A DNA stretch of 64,000 nucleotides from Felis catus (taxonomy: Eukaryota): the NCBI RefSeq assembly GCF_018350175.1, contig NC_058368.1, positions 232,192,001 through 232,256,000 on the forward strand, in the 5' to 3' direction. Positions 12,766 through 25,742 of this stretch are shown here, in pieces. The notes under the pieces were generated by a model, which was not told the DNA's origin, searched no databases, and saw only the letters and a list, made by a program, of their open reading frames with translations. Position 1 is the stretch's first letter, and every line of letters starts with the position of its first letter. A program made the translations under genes and the position numbers.

Positions 12766-15279
12766 CCTGAGGGTCCTTGGCCACTTTGTATCTGACCTTG
12801 CAGCCAAACTTCAAGTGTGTAGCCTGGCCTTCTCCTGTTCCGCTGACATTTCTCAATGACCAGAACTCACTGAACAAAATTTGCATTTTTGTATTAGTTT
12901 ATGTGAAGCCCAATTAAAATGGAAAGTGTACTGTCGAAAACAACTTAAAAACGCCAAGCCACTTAAAATGGCATAAGAACAACTAATTGTTTTGCTTTAC
13001 TAAACACAGGAACATTCGTTCTTGTATTTTAAGACGTGTTGTTTTTAAACATGTTTTCCAAATAATTTTAGTTGCTTACGCCCAGCTCCCCACCCACAAA
13101 ATAATAAGTTCAATGCTACCACTTAGTGGCTGTCCCGGTTTCCTCTAAATGCGATGCAGCCCGCCCCGGCGTCTATGGAGTGGCCCATTTTCCTGCTCTT
13201 TTCTTCTCTGCCTTCTCTCCCCCGACCTGTCGTGTCAGAGACCCTGCTGAGTCTTCTACTCTTCCTCTTGCTTGTTGCACATGATCAGCATTGATTGAAA
13301 GTTGCCTCAAGTAGTAAAGTGCTGTGGTCTGTGGGCGGAAGAAATACACACCGTTTCTCTTCACCCCATCTCTTCACATAAATCCCGTCTGATGCTCACA
13401 TTTGACGTATCTCGTTAAGGTTTCGTGGTCGTTACTAGAGTTGAAGTACAGTAGCCTCCCGTTCCCAGACCTACTGTCCTCCTGTTTCTACAGATCTCTA
13501 GGTAGTATGCCTAGATCATTTCTGTGGGCGAGGATGTCAAACCCCAAAGAGGTTTTACCAATGCCCCACATCTCCACTGCTGCAGAGGAACAGAGGAACC
13601 CTTTCTCCCTGGAGACTTTGCGAGGCGATGATATCAACAACGTACCGTATCTCTTCGCTCTTTCCTGCTTCCTTTCTTTGTACCGTGACCTAGATGCGTG
13701 TTGTTTTTCCAACATGAGGGACAAACACACAACATGTCAGGAGAATCCTCCAGCCGCCCTACGGGCGGTGAGGTGGCTGCGTCTCTCCCCCAGGGGGTGC
13801 CATCTCTGACTCGGTTGTTCCAGACCCCTGGGGAGCCTTCAGGAGTCCCTCCAGAAGCAATTGACGCGGACCTCTGAGCACAGAGGATCGGGATGAGGTT
13901 TTGTGTTTCCTTTGAGAAGGCAAGGGACAGAATTTTAGAATGCCGGTGAGCATCCACGCTGCAGGCGGGCATTAGAGTAATATGTGAAATTGCTGTCAAT
14001 GGGCCTAACACGGCCATTGTCTCCGCTGTTCAATCAGAAAAAATAAATTGTCGTCAGTACTATAAAATCTGGAATGGTTGGTTTCTGTTACGTTAGCAAA
14101 TTGAATCTGTGCACTAGGAAAACCCGGGTTCCACTCAGATGGCCAGGGTGCCGTCGGTCGTCTTTTGTCCCTTGAAAGGAATGTTGTCTTCAGAGTAAAT
14201 CTTTCTGTAATGATTTCATCTAACACAATGGCCATGGTCACGGGGGCTTTGCAGAGGCGGCAGGTCGTGTGGGCCACAGCGGAGGCCCATCTGATCAGGC
14301 CGTCAGATTACTTGTAGGGTTGTCTATGCCTTGGTTTTAAAAATCTCCCTTTTTCAGTCTTTGCGCAAGCATCTCCTTGCTAACCTGTAGAGACAATGTT
14401 TGCCCGGCAGCGATGGCCAGCCGCTGCTGAGCAGATTTAAGCCTTGGCCTCTAGGTCATTAAATTCTAGAAGCAGATAGCAGGCCCTCAGAAGGACTAGG
14501 AAGGAGTAGGTACAGCCTCCACTGCATGATAAAATGTCATTAACAGTGACATTATATACAGGCTTTCATTCAGAAGCAGTCACACAGCAGAGTGACCAGA
14601 AGAAAAAACACCCCATCATTTCTTCGCACGTTAGCCTTCTGAAGAGGAAATGTGGATAGAAGAATCCCTTGGTGTGAAAGGGATCTGACAGACCCAGGAG
14701 TGAGAGAACGCCAAGGTAGAGGGAGCCAGGCATACCTATTAGTATCCCCGCTGGAAGCCATTAGAAAAAGTGGGCTGTCCCCAGATCATCATGGCGGATT
14801 AACGCAGCGTACTCCCTTCCACCAGGAAGTCTGCAGCAAACTGTGATTTGAGTAAACAGCCTGATACGGTGGTGCAGTTACTGACAGTGCACGTGTCTGC
14901 AAACAAACCTGTGGTGGATGGAAGGAAACAGTATTTGTCATTTGCAGAGATGTCAACAGAAGAATTTCTTTTAATTTTTGTCCTCCCAAGAAATAGCATA
15001 GTTTCACAGTGAGATGAAAAATCTGTTCACTTATTGGTTGGCTTATAGAATTTTCACCCCTCTTTCCTTTTGAAACACAAGAGATGGGCACACTTTTGCT
15101 TTTTAAATAAGGTATTTTACGGTCTTTAAATAGAATTGCCTGTACAAAAAGATGTTCCAGCGTTCTTATCAAGGAACCATATAATTCTCATGGTGTTAAG
15201 GAGGGGGTGGTGTTCCAAGCTGATGTCCTTAGGGGCCAGCGCTTCCCTGACTTGACTTACCTGTTCAATAAATCAGTAT

Positions 15280-15530
15280 GGGGGAGGGGAAGGGGGGGAA
15301 AGTTACAGAGAGGGAGAAAGGCAAACCATAAGAGACTCTTAAATACTGAGAATGAACTGAGGGTTTCTGGGGGGAGAGGGGAAAGTGGGTGATGGGCATT
15401 GAGGAGGAAAGTGGGTGATGGGCATTGAGGAGGGCACCTGCTGGGATGAGCACTGGGTGTTGTATGGAAGCTAAGTTGACAATGAATTATATTTAATATA
15501 AAAAATAAAAAAAATAAAGCTTAAAAAAAA
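15280..15530 (+). mobile_element. Felid/carnivore L1 3' UTR fragment with A tail
   Basis: gcaaaccataagagactcttaaatactgagaa...gatgggcattgaggagggcac...gatgagcactgggtgttgtatgga. Confidence 0.85.
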
Positions 15531-16019
15531 TAAGTATTTGCTCAGAGAAGCTGAGGACGTGACTGTTACTAATGGAACCTTGTAGGAAGAATGGAGATAG
15601 CTGAACCGACCCAACCCTAAGTCGAGAAAACCTGAAATGATAATTACATAGGCAGTTACACATCTAGACCAAAGAAAAATCAATGTGGAATAAAAGTTCC
15701 TTCCCTCGTTTTGCCTTGGATGGCCTTAGGAAATGCTAAATAATTGCCAAATGTGCAGGTAGGTGGAAAGTGGGAAGCTGTCTGTCCATTTGTCCATCCA
15801 GCCATCCTTCTCATCACCCAGCCCCCTCCCCCACTGTCATTACTTTACCCCAAATATGAAAAAAAAACAAACAAAAAACAACCTCTTCTTTTGGTTTTGT
15901 GTCACTCTTTAAGAACATTCAATGCAAACTAGTTAAATTTCTGACCAATCACTTTGTGGATTTCTAAAGACTACAGAAGCTTAACTCAGTGTGAAATTAA
16001 AAAAGAAAAATTAATGTTT

Positions 16020-16250
16020 TTTGTTTTTTTTTATTTTTTATTTTTCAACGTTTATTTATTTTTTTGGGACAGAGAGAGACAGAGCATGAACGGGGGAGGG
16101 GCAGAGAGAGAGGGAGACACAGAATCGGAAACAGGCTCCAGGCTCTGAGCCATCAGCCCAGAGCCCGACACGGGGCTCGAACTCACGGACCTCGAGCTCG
16201 TGACCTGGCTGAAGTCGGACGCTTAACCGACTGCGCCACCCAGGCGCCCC
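16020..16250 (-). mobile_element. CAN-SINE, young felid subfamily, nested in the tail of an older SINE
   Basis: Diagnostic young-subfamily positions. TSD taatgttt (16012-16019 and 16251-16258). Confidence 0.95.
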
Positions 16251-16456
16251 TAATGTTTATTTTTGAGAGAGAGCAGAGAGCACGCGCAAGCAGGGGAGGG
16301 GCAGGGAGAGACACACACGCATAATCTGAAGCAGGCTCCCAGCTCTGAACTGTCAGCACAGAGCTGACATGGGGCTCAAACCCACAAACTGTGAGATCAT
16401 GACCTGACCCAAGCCGAAGTCAGATGTTTAGCCAACTGAGCCCCCCCAGACACCCC
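16251..16456 (-). mobile_element. CAN-SINE, older host copy (tail continues at about 16000-16019)
   Basis: Diverged SINE body. Outer TSD tcagtgtgaaatt/tcagtttgaaact brackets both copies. Confidence 0.88.
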
Positions 16457-16539
16457 TTCAGTTTGAAACTTTTAAAGCATTTTGAGATTAAAACAATGTC
16501 CAGGAGGGCGGTTCTTGTCATCTGTGTTTAGTCTAACTC

Positions 16540-16741
16540 TTTTTTTAAAAATGCTTATTTATTTTGAGAGGAAGAGTGAGTGGGAGAGGGGCAGAGTGAG
16601 AGGGAGAGAGAGAACCCCAAGCAGGCTCCACACTGTCAGCACAGAGCCCTGTGTGGGGCTCAGTCCCACGGACCGTGAGATCATGACATGAGCCAAAATC
16701 AAGAGTCAGACACTTAACCAACTGAGCCACACAGGCACCCC
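16540..16741 (-). mobile_element. CAN-SINE, older subfamily
   Basis: SINE body. TSD tttagtctaact. Confidence 0.9.
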
Positions 16742-19700
16742 ATGTTTTTAGTCTAACTATTGTGCTCCCAACTGGGTATAATGAAACTGATTGAATATAT
16801 GATCTTTTTTATTTGAGGAATGAAACTTGAGTTGGAAAAAAGGAAAGGAGAATTTGCTCAAGGAAAAATTGTTTCTTCAACTAGAAAGTATGCAAGAAGC
16901 ATTGTTACCATGTGAGGCTAAAATACTGAAGAGTTGTCTGCAGTCAGTAAGAGTCCCTTAGAATGACCCTGACCTAAGGCCAGTAGAAGTTGGTTTTCAC
17001 ACTCTCAGAACAGATAGGAGGTTTTAGAGGCCTCAGTTTCCACCTATATGTACCAAAAAGTAAATATTCCACTAATTAATTGTCTGAATACATTTATGGG
17101 ATTTTGGAAAAATAATTTAAAAATTCACCGTTAGTACTGAAAGAGATTAATTATCAAGGTAGAAGCCTCATTGATATGGTCCTCATTGATATGATCACTT
17201 AATTAATTTTTAAAATCTGGTCTTGGCTTCAGCAAAAGATCACTGGTTCAATGTGAAAAATAGTGCTCCTGACTCGTCCTTGATAAATTGGGTCTTTAAA
17301 GGCAATCTTCACAATGAATTGCTGCTCCTTGAGTTAAACAATCATTTTTTTCTTTCCTTTAGAAATTTTATAGATTGCACAATGTTGGTATTTTTTTACA
17401 TACTGGTGTTCAGCATTAGTTTATTTCTGCGTGGACTGGATGAGAGTCAGTTGTTTTGGTCTTTCCTGAATTGCCGTCCTGTGGTGATCCGCCTGGCACT
17501 TTGTCTTCAGGAATCTCTAACTTTTGAAGGTGGGTCCTTAACCCGCACCTCCGGGTTCCTCAGATTCCTTCCGGGCCTTGGGCACCGAGCATGCTGGGAG
17601 CAAGAAGATGCAGGCTCAGTGCCGGCTCATCTCACCCTGGCTGTGCTCTGAACTCTCCCCTGGTTTTAGTGACAGAGCCTTGGACATCTTCTCTCCCGAG
17701 CGGTGATCCAGTCTTTTCTCCAGTGTCTGGGTTTTGTCCTGTGTCCTCTGACACATGGCCCTCCCAGGAATCAGGGGACTGCTCGTGGACCCTGAGGATG
17801 ACCCTGCCCCATCTCCAGACAAGAACCTGTTGTCCCTCGCCCCTGGTCCCATGTTTCCTGCTGTCTGATTGGGACCCTCACCATGGCCTTCAATGTATAA
17901 CTGGTTTTAGGCTTTGACTGTCTCTCAAAGAGTCAAGTCTTAGTTATGGAAAAACAGTGTATTTTGTTAGGACTCATAATTTGCCTTCTTCGTGATTGAG
18001 AACTGGGCTGGGATGCCACGTAGATCACAAACTAAACCCATGGAAGATTCGGAGAGCCACACTGGAAAGTCAGCGTGGAAGCCAGAAGGCTAAAGGGGCC
18101 TGGAATCTGCCCATCAGTGTGGGGCCTATGATCTCAGAAGTGTCACGGGGAGAGCCCATTTCCCTACACGGGGACATTTGAGAATACATGTCACACCTGC
18201 CCGTTGGATCCAGCTAAGGCTTTCCTGCCCCTCGGATATTTGGTTCCTTATCTCACATCCCTGTTTCATGCTTTTGGAGGTCCACACTTGTCCCCATAAC
18301 TTCTGTTAAGAAATCCCTGCTCTTCCATTCACAGAGTCCCGTCTATGCTCAGGTGGAATATGTTTCTCGAGCTGTCAGCGCATCTCGAAAGATAAGATGG
18401 CTGCCTGGTGGGGAAGGATGGGTGGGTCGTCCTAAGAGAAGGCACAGAATATGGAAAACTGAAAGCTATAGAAAGATATGGGGGCATTTGAAAGGTGAGA
18501 AATTTAAATTCGCTGGAGTTGTGGGTGGAGGCACAGGAGATAAAGCTGAAAGATAGGATGTGCCACATTGAAATTCTTATCCTAACAAATGAATTCAGGA
18601 TTTCAGATGCATGAACAGATTTGAGCCTAAGGGGAAGAGACATGACGGGGTTTCGAACATGGTGAGTTCCAGTTGCATGGGGGCGGTCTGGTAGTTGGAA
18701 ATCCTTTTTTTGAAGCGAAAGAGAAAAGTTTGGGTCAGTAATAGAGACCTCAGCTCAGCTCTGAAGCCATAGGAATGGATAAGGTCATGCCTGAAGAAAG
18801 GGCATGAAAATTGTAGCTACCAAATAGCTTGACGCATCAGCTACTAGTTCATAATTAGTATAATGTAGCAGTTCAGAAAAATGACAATTTTTATTCCATT
18901 GAGTAGCGAGCTCTCTTTTTTTCCCCCTTTTAAATTAATGTTGCAAAAGTACAAAAGTGCTTAGCATAGATTTTTCTCAACCATCCCGGCTCACACTAAT
19001 GGGACCAGACGCAGTGTAAATTTCACCACTGGGGTGACAGGGTGATTTAGACTCTGTGTTCCTGCCTGGTGACTGTCAGAGAGGGGCGGCCGACACTGCC
19101 AGCCGGGTGGCTGTTTTGTAATTTAGATACAATAAATCTAAGGCGAGTAATTTCCTTCTGGAAACTTGAATTGCCTCCTTAGCGGGAAGATGAGAGTTAG
19201 ATTTAAGTGGTGTGGTCAGAGGGGAGTTTTGAGAGGACACCCAGAGGGCTGGATTGAGCGCTCTCATTTTAAATGTAATACTGTTTTTATTCACGAGAAA
19301 CTCCAGTGATAAACTTCCTATAAGCATCGGCCTATGATTTTGCATACCTTAAAGGAGTGTGTGGTCTGGTGTGGTTTTCTGTAAGGCGGTAGACGCTGTT
19401 GGCTCAGAGGCAGGATCTCCCCTCCAGCTTTGGGTGTGGTGAGGACGGACAGAGGCAGGAGCCTGTTCGGTTTAGACGACACTTGAGTAGGGCTTATAAT
19501 CCACGAGCTGGAAGTGGCAAGACAATACTTCTAGCGGATTCTTACGTAATGTGCCCCGCGTGCCAGGCACCGTTCAAGCCCTCTGCCCAGAGAAGCTCAC
19601 CGCGTGGCCCCCAACCTGTGAGCTGGACCCCAGGGTGAAGGAGACGCAGAGGGTGACTGGCCTGCTCTTGGCCAGATGGCCTGTAAGTGTTGGAGTCGGG

Positions 19701-20849
19701 AGTCTAACCCGGGCCGTGGGGCCCCAGGGTCCACACTCTGAACCCTGTGCTCTGCTCGAACACCTACCATGTGCCAGGCACCGTTGCAGATGCCAGTGAG
19801 ATCACAGTGACGAAGACCAGCTACATCCTCCAGGACCACCGTCCCTGGAACTTCTCAACCCAGGGCGAGATGTGGGAATATGGTTTAAAATAATACTTAG
19901 GGGTAGAAGAATGTCGCATACAATTTATGACTAAGAGGCTTCAACTGGCTAGCGTATTCTTCTTGGGAAAAAGAAAATAATCCCTTAGTTGGATCTGATA
20001 AAACGAGTTAATCAAAAGCTCCATTTTAAGCGTACAGTAACCACGAAGCCCCGTTTTCCTCTTTAAATTCCCTTGTACTGTATAGATGCAATGCTGAGTC
20101 CCACTGTCAAAACCAGTTTAATTCATTTGCCCAATTACAAGTTAAAAGAAAGAACTTTCATAACATATTAGCTGTCTGCTACTTTGGGATAATGAGCAGC
20201 TGAATTGATGAACTTTATGTAATGATCTGTTGCTATGGCAACATGCTGCCCAGTGAGCGGAAGAGGGCATTTCATCATTACTTCACTGATAATGGTTGGA
20301 ACAGTAATGGATGCAAATACAAAAGGTTTTCTTTTACTCCACGGCAACTCTGGGTCGATGAGACAAAACAATAAAATGTCTCTTGGAAACAGTGGCAGAG
20401 AATCAAATAGAGTCAAATGCACAATTGGAAAGACAGTAATTTAGCTTTCCAGGTTCGTGGTCTTAGTGTCCACAGTGAATCTCCAGCCCAGTCGCAGGTA
20501 ACCATTGTCAGAAGTGCCCTGTGTCCATTTCGTGGGTTTCGTTTCTGTACTGGATTCAGCACACAGCAAGCTCACTAATGAAAACTCCCTTAAAATACGG
20601 TAACACGTTGAGATGTCACAAGAGGAGAATGGAGTCAGGCTTACATTTAACCATCCAATGGTTTGCAATAAATAATCTTTGCATCTTTATTCCACATTTT
20701 TATGAACCAGCCCTTTCTTTGCTTTTTATGACTTTTTTTTTACAAAACACAAAATTATGTATAACTCCACCCTTTAAGGTTTTTTTTTACCTTATAGGAA
20801 ATATATATTTATTGTGTGTTTTGGAAATGCTTCAGACTGATGTTCTCTC

Positions 20850-20894
20850 TTTTTTTTTTAATTGTTTTTGTATGTTTATTTTTGAGAGAGAGAG

Positions 20895-20933
<39 letters not shown>

Positions 20934-21103
20934 CAGAACACGAGTCGGGAGGGTCAGAGAGAGAGGGAGACACAGAATCCGAAGCAGGCTCCGGGCTCCA
21001 AGCTGTCAGCACAGAGGCCAATGTGGGGCTCGAACTCAAGAACTGTGAGATCATGACCTGAGCCGAACCGGGCGCTTAACTGACTGAGCCTGGGTGGTGC
21101 CTC
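20850..21103 (-). mobile_element. CAN-SINE with (GA)n expansion
   Basis: SINE body. Degenerate TSD cagactgatgttct/caggctgctgttct. Confidence 0.9.
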
Positions 21104-21979
21104 CAGGCTGCTGTTCTTAAGAAGAATCCATTTCTCTGACACTTTTTTCAGTGTTCAGTGTTCTCAAATTCATCGAATTAAAGCCACTCTACACGTAGAG
21201 CATAAGGCATTTTACTTAAAGCTTAATTGTTTCATTGTTCAGGCTTTAGTGAATTGCAGAAGGTTGTCTGATCGTATGCAAGCATGAAAACTCAAAAATG
21301 ATCATTTTCATTTACAGCTGTCGTCACTGTTCTGAGCTGACCACGTTTTTCTTTTCCTTCCCTCTCTCCCTCCCTTCTTCCTTCCTGCCTTCTTTCAAAA
21401 AAAAAAAAAAAAAGGTGTGTTTTCATAAACTTTTGAAATTTTGGTGAGACTAAAGTTCTAGAAATCCTTCAAAAAGAAATTCATTATAATCAGCGCCCTT
21501 TTCCTCAGGTACCTGAAAGTTCATTCTTGAGTGCTCATTCCCTTCTCTCTGATGTTCCCCCAAAGAGCAGGAGAGCCTTTGGCATAAAGGTCGTGAGTAA
21601 CAGCACCGTCTGTATGAATTATTTTATAATGCTTATCAAAATGCATCCATTTTTCACAATGTTCCATGTCCCATATCATTCTCTTGCTGTTTTACTAGCC
21701 CGGGATCAAACGTATAGGGGATTAAGTGAAATAAATGGCAGTATTTGAAAATACTAGGCTGTAACTAAGATGAATCTTACGTTGTGATCATACGAGTCAA
21801 ACCTATAATTTATAGTGCCTTTGCATTTCAATTTCAATCATGACCTCTTAAGGGAATGTGGAAAAATAACTCATGGTCTAGTTTTGAAATTGCTTTAAGC
21901 AAATTATCTGAAGGGCGAAAGTCTGGTTTTTTTTTTTTGTTATTTTTTACTTTTGTATATCCTACTCTTGACATGGAGT

Positions 21980-22058
21980 CCCTGTGCCAGCTTGCATCAT
22001 AACGAAGATAACAAGTTCCGCAGATTGGGTAGACTAAACAAACAGAAACTTCTTTCCC

Positions 22059-22121
<63 letters not shown>

Positions 22122-22640
22122 ATGTTTATTTTTGTCTTTAAGAGAGAGAGAGCGTAAGCAGGGGAGGGGCAGAGAGAGAGGGAGACACAGATTCTGAAAC
22201 AGGCTTCAGGCTCCAAGCTGTCAGCACAGAGCCCGATGCGGGGCTCGAACCCACGGACTGTGAGATCATGACCTGAGCCAAAGTTGGATGCTTAACTGAC
22301 TGAGCCACCCAGGTGCCCCCCGCCCCCAGCCCTGCACACTTATTTCTGGAGATGGAAGTCCAAGGTCAAGGTGTTGACAAAGTTGTTTTATTCAGAGACT
22401 CCTCTCCTTGGGATGCAGACGGCCGTCTTCCTGATTCGTCCTCACATGTGGATGCACATGTCTGCATCCTAATTTTTCTCTTCTTGCAAGGACATCCTGG
22501 AGAAGGGACCTCCCCCTATACAACCTGTTGTGTGTTAATTACCTTTTTAAAGGCCCTGTCTCCAAATATAGTCACATTCTGAGGTGTTAGGAATTAGGAC
22601 TTCAACATGAACGTTGAGGGGACACAATTTAGCCCATAAT
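21980..22640 (-). mobile_element. MaLR LTR (MLT1B-like) interrupted by a SINE
   Basis: aacaaacagaaa [SINE] ttctggagatggaagtccaaggtcaaggtgt...aaggccctgtctccaaatatagtcacattctgagg...ggggacacaatttagcccataa. Confidence 0.75.
22060..22320 (-). mobile_element. CAN-SINE with (TTTC)n microsatellite tail
   Basis: SINE body preceded by a pure TTTC array at about 22060-22120. Confidence 0.92.
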
Positions 22641-22977
22641 ACTCCCTATCTTATTATAAGACCCATTTTCATAGCAAAGGAGAGATGGTTATGCTTTTCC
22701 ATCTCTATCAAGACGCAAAATTGAATCTCATTAAAACTATTCAGTCCTTATTAGTGAGAAAAGTGAACATTGACAATTACAAAAACGTCTGTTACTTTCC
22801 CCCAAAGTTAAAAATATGACCAATTCTCAACCAGCATAGCTGAGTGATGTGTAGTAGGGCTTACACTGCACAGAGCAAATGTGACCTACAGCAAACAGTG
22901 GTTTCAGGGTCTTATTTTTACTGTGAGATTCTTTTGGCTTAAATATCTTTTGTCACCTTAAATCCCCCCCTTTTTTT

Positions 22978-23193
22978 AAAAATTTTTTAATGTTTATTTA
23001 TTTTTGAGACAGAGAGAGACACATAGCGTGAACGGGGGAGGGGCAGAGAGAGAGGGAGACACAGAATCGGAAGCAAGCTCCAGGCTCTGAGCCATCAGCC
23101 CAGAGCCCGACGCGGGACTCGAACTCGCGGACCGCAAGATCGTGACCTGAGCTGAAGTCGGACGCTTAACCGACTGAGCCACCCAGGCGCCCC
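22978..23193 (-). mobile_element. CAN-SINE, low divergence
   Basis: Full length, CpGs retained. TSD aaatcccccc(c)ttttttt. Confidence 0.94.
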
Positions 23194-24549
23194 AAATCCC
23201 CCCTTTTTTTAAGATAACCCTTTTCATCAGATTATTCTCTTGTTTGTGTCCTGAGCTCTTGGAAGTGAGAGCCCAAAGCCTGATGGAGAAGTCAGATCAG
23301 TTCCGGGCTTGGCACCACTTATACATCAGTTACTGTGGACTGAATTCTAGGATAAGATAAGCACAGACCCCTCAATCATAGCTTACTCTTTGTCTTGATT
23401 AACTGCTCTCGCTTCACACACCGCTAATCAGCCCCCATGATCTTTTAGGAGCTCATCAGCCATGTTGATACTGATGCACCATTACAGCCATTGCATATTA
23501 TCCCTTCCATACTTTTAGGACAAAACTAACCAGCACTTGATTGGTATGAAGAGGCTCTAAATTCTGGCCCAAGAGTGAACTTTGGCACTCACTTAGCCTG
23601 TCTGGGCTTTGATTTCCTCGCCTGCAAAATTCGCAGTATTGTTGTAGGTTCCTTCCATCTGTAACATCCTGTGACCATTTGGAATTTTAATTCGGAAAAC
23701 ATGATGGTAGAAGGCCAATCGCAATGAGAGGTGGCCCTATCAATGGGGTCTCTCGCGTTCTCCCACATGGACTTGTCTGAATCCACGTGGATTCAGAAAA
23801 TGGACCGAATTAGGAAAGTGAAGGTGGCCAGTATTTCCCTATTTACACATCAAGCTATACACTTGTGCTTCTCATTCCTTGCTAGTTTAATTTTGGTTAG
23901 TTTCTTTTTTTCCTCTGTGCATTAGCTGTAACATTGATTATTCGAACTGCGGATCCTAAAAGATGATGTCATACTCTTTCTGTTTGGAAGGTCCTCAGGG
24001 TCCTTCATTTTCTCAGAAGAGTGATACAGAAACTACACTCCAAAGAAGAACAGGGACGAGCTTGACCCCTAGTTGAAAGGAAAACCCTACCAAGCAAACG
24101 AAGAGCAGGGAGAACCTTCCCTAATGGTTTGATTGCTTTGTGGCAATCCATAGGTTTCCGACCTGACCCGACAGTGATTGCATACTCTCTCACAGGACAT
24201 CTGTCACTTGCCTGTGGTAAGTTGTCAGCTGAGCGATGCCAAATGGGGAGATGAGGAGTTAAGGGCCAGGTTTAGTCCCAGAGCCATTAGTTAACCTTTA
24301 GGGACCTGGGTTATCTTACCACAATAGGAAACGATTGCTCCAGTGCTGGGATTTTTTTAGACACTTGTGGATGGGAGCCCTTTATTCAAGGGAAATCATA
24401 TGGCAAGATTCAAAGTGTATAATGCAGCCCAACAGAGCTTGTCATACTGTGGATGAAGTGAACCCTCATGAACTTACTATCTTGGGGGGGGGGGCAGGTA
24501 GACACCTGGCTCTCCAGGACAGCACCAGGAGAGCCTGGTGCATCCCCAG

Positions 24550-25097
24550 GCTGCCCAAGGCTATAGCTACAGCACCAAATAGCTACTGGGCACCTGAAAG
24601 GTGACTGGTCCCAGTTGAACTTGGATTTTGAAGACTTAGTATAAAAAAAAGGCAAAATAGGGCACCGGGGTGGCTCAGTTGGTTGGGCGTCCGACTTCAG
24701 CTCAGGTCATGATAATCACAGTTCACGATTTCGAGCCCCGTATCGGGCTCTGTGCTGATGGCTCAGGGGCTGGAGCCTGCTTCGGACTCTGTGTCTCCCT
24801 CTCCCTCTGCACCAGCAACCCCCCCCCCCCCACCTGCCTCACTCGTACTCTCTTTCTCTCTCTCTCAAAAAATAAACAAACATTAAAGAAGTTTTAATGC
24901 AAAATATCTCAATAATATATTAATTACATATTATAATTTTACATACTATCATACTTCGGATACATTGGGATAAATACAAATAAGTAATAAAAATTAATTC
25001 ATCTGTTTTCCTGTCAGTTTTCCTTGTTTAAGGTAGATACCAGAAAAACTTCAAAGTACTTATGTGGACTGTAATATATTGCCATTGGATGGCGTTG
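24550..25097 (-). mobile_element. MER33-like hAT-Charlie DNA transposon interrupted by a SINE
   Basis: ggattttgaagacttagtataaaaaaa...aaaatatctc...aaaattaattcatctgttttc...ccattggatggcgttg matches the recalled MER33 reverse strand. Confidence 0.65.
24660..24895 (+). mobile_element. CAN-SINE
   Basis: Head gggcaccggggtggctcagttggttg. TSD gcaaaata. Confidence 0.9.
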
Positions 25098-25320
25098 GTC
25101 CAGACAAACTCTGTCAGCTCCCACTCGCAGGCGTCAGTGTTGGAAGGTTTTGCGGATTGAAATCATTTCGGCTGCCTTCCCAGGTCCCATGAATAGGTCA
25201 TCTTGTCCCCAGGAAATGCGCTAGGAATTTGTCCTGGAAACTTTCTTTACTGCCACACTCCACTCTAAGGATATATTTTTTTTTTTCTTTGAAACCAAAA
25301 TACTTGTTTATTTCCTGTGT

Positions 25321-25322
<2 letters not shown>

Positions 25323-25356
<34 letters not shown>
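25323..25356. repeat. (CA)n microsatellite
   Basis: Seen directly. Confidence 0.95.
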
Positions 25357-25357
<1 letters not shown>

Positions 25358-25497
25358 ATTTTTGTTTGTTTTTGTTCTTGTTTCATTTACTTTTCCTGTG
25401 GACTGCTCCATAGCTGGTTTGCTGTAGAGCACACACCCCAGTTCCTGTGGGGTGAAGGCTGAGGGAGCGAGATTCAGGCTTTCATGGATCATTTCTT

Positions 25498-25742
25498 TTT
25501 TTTTTAAGTTTATTTATTTAGTTTGAGAGAGATAGGGAGGGAGAGAGACAGAGAGAGAAAGAGAGAGAGAGCATGCATGAGAGTGGGGCAGGGGTAGAGA
25601 GAGAGGGAGAGAGAATCCCAAGCAGCCTCTGGGCTCTCAGCACAGAGCCTGACATGGGACTTGAACTCACTAACCATGAGATCATGACCTGAGCCGAAAT
25701 CCAGAGCTGGGTGCTTAACCGACAGAGCTACCCAGATGCCCC
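25498..25742 (-). mobile_element. CAN-SINE, older subfamily
   Basis: SINE body. TSD tcatggatcatttctt/tcatggatcgtctctt. Confidence 0.9.

Noticed and set aside
13980..14240. SOX-like CATTGT/ACAATG motifs in unique sequence as an enhancer
   Set aside because: Six-base motifs occur by chance many times in 64 kb and cannot be supported without conservation data.
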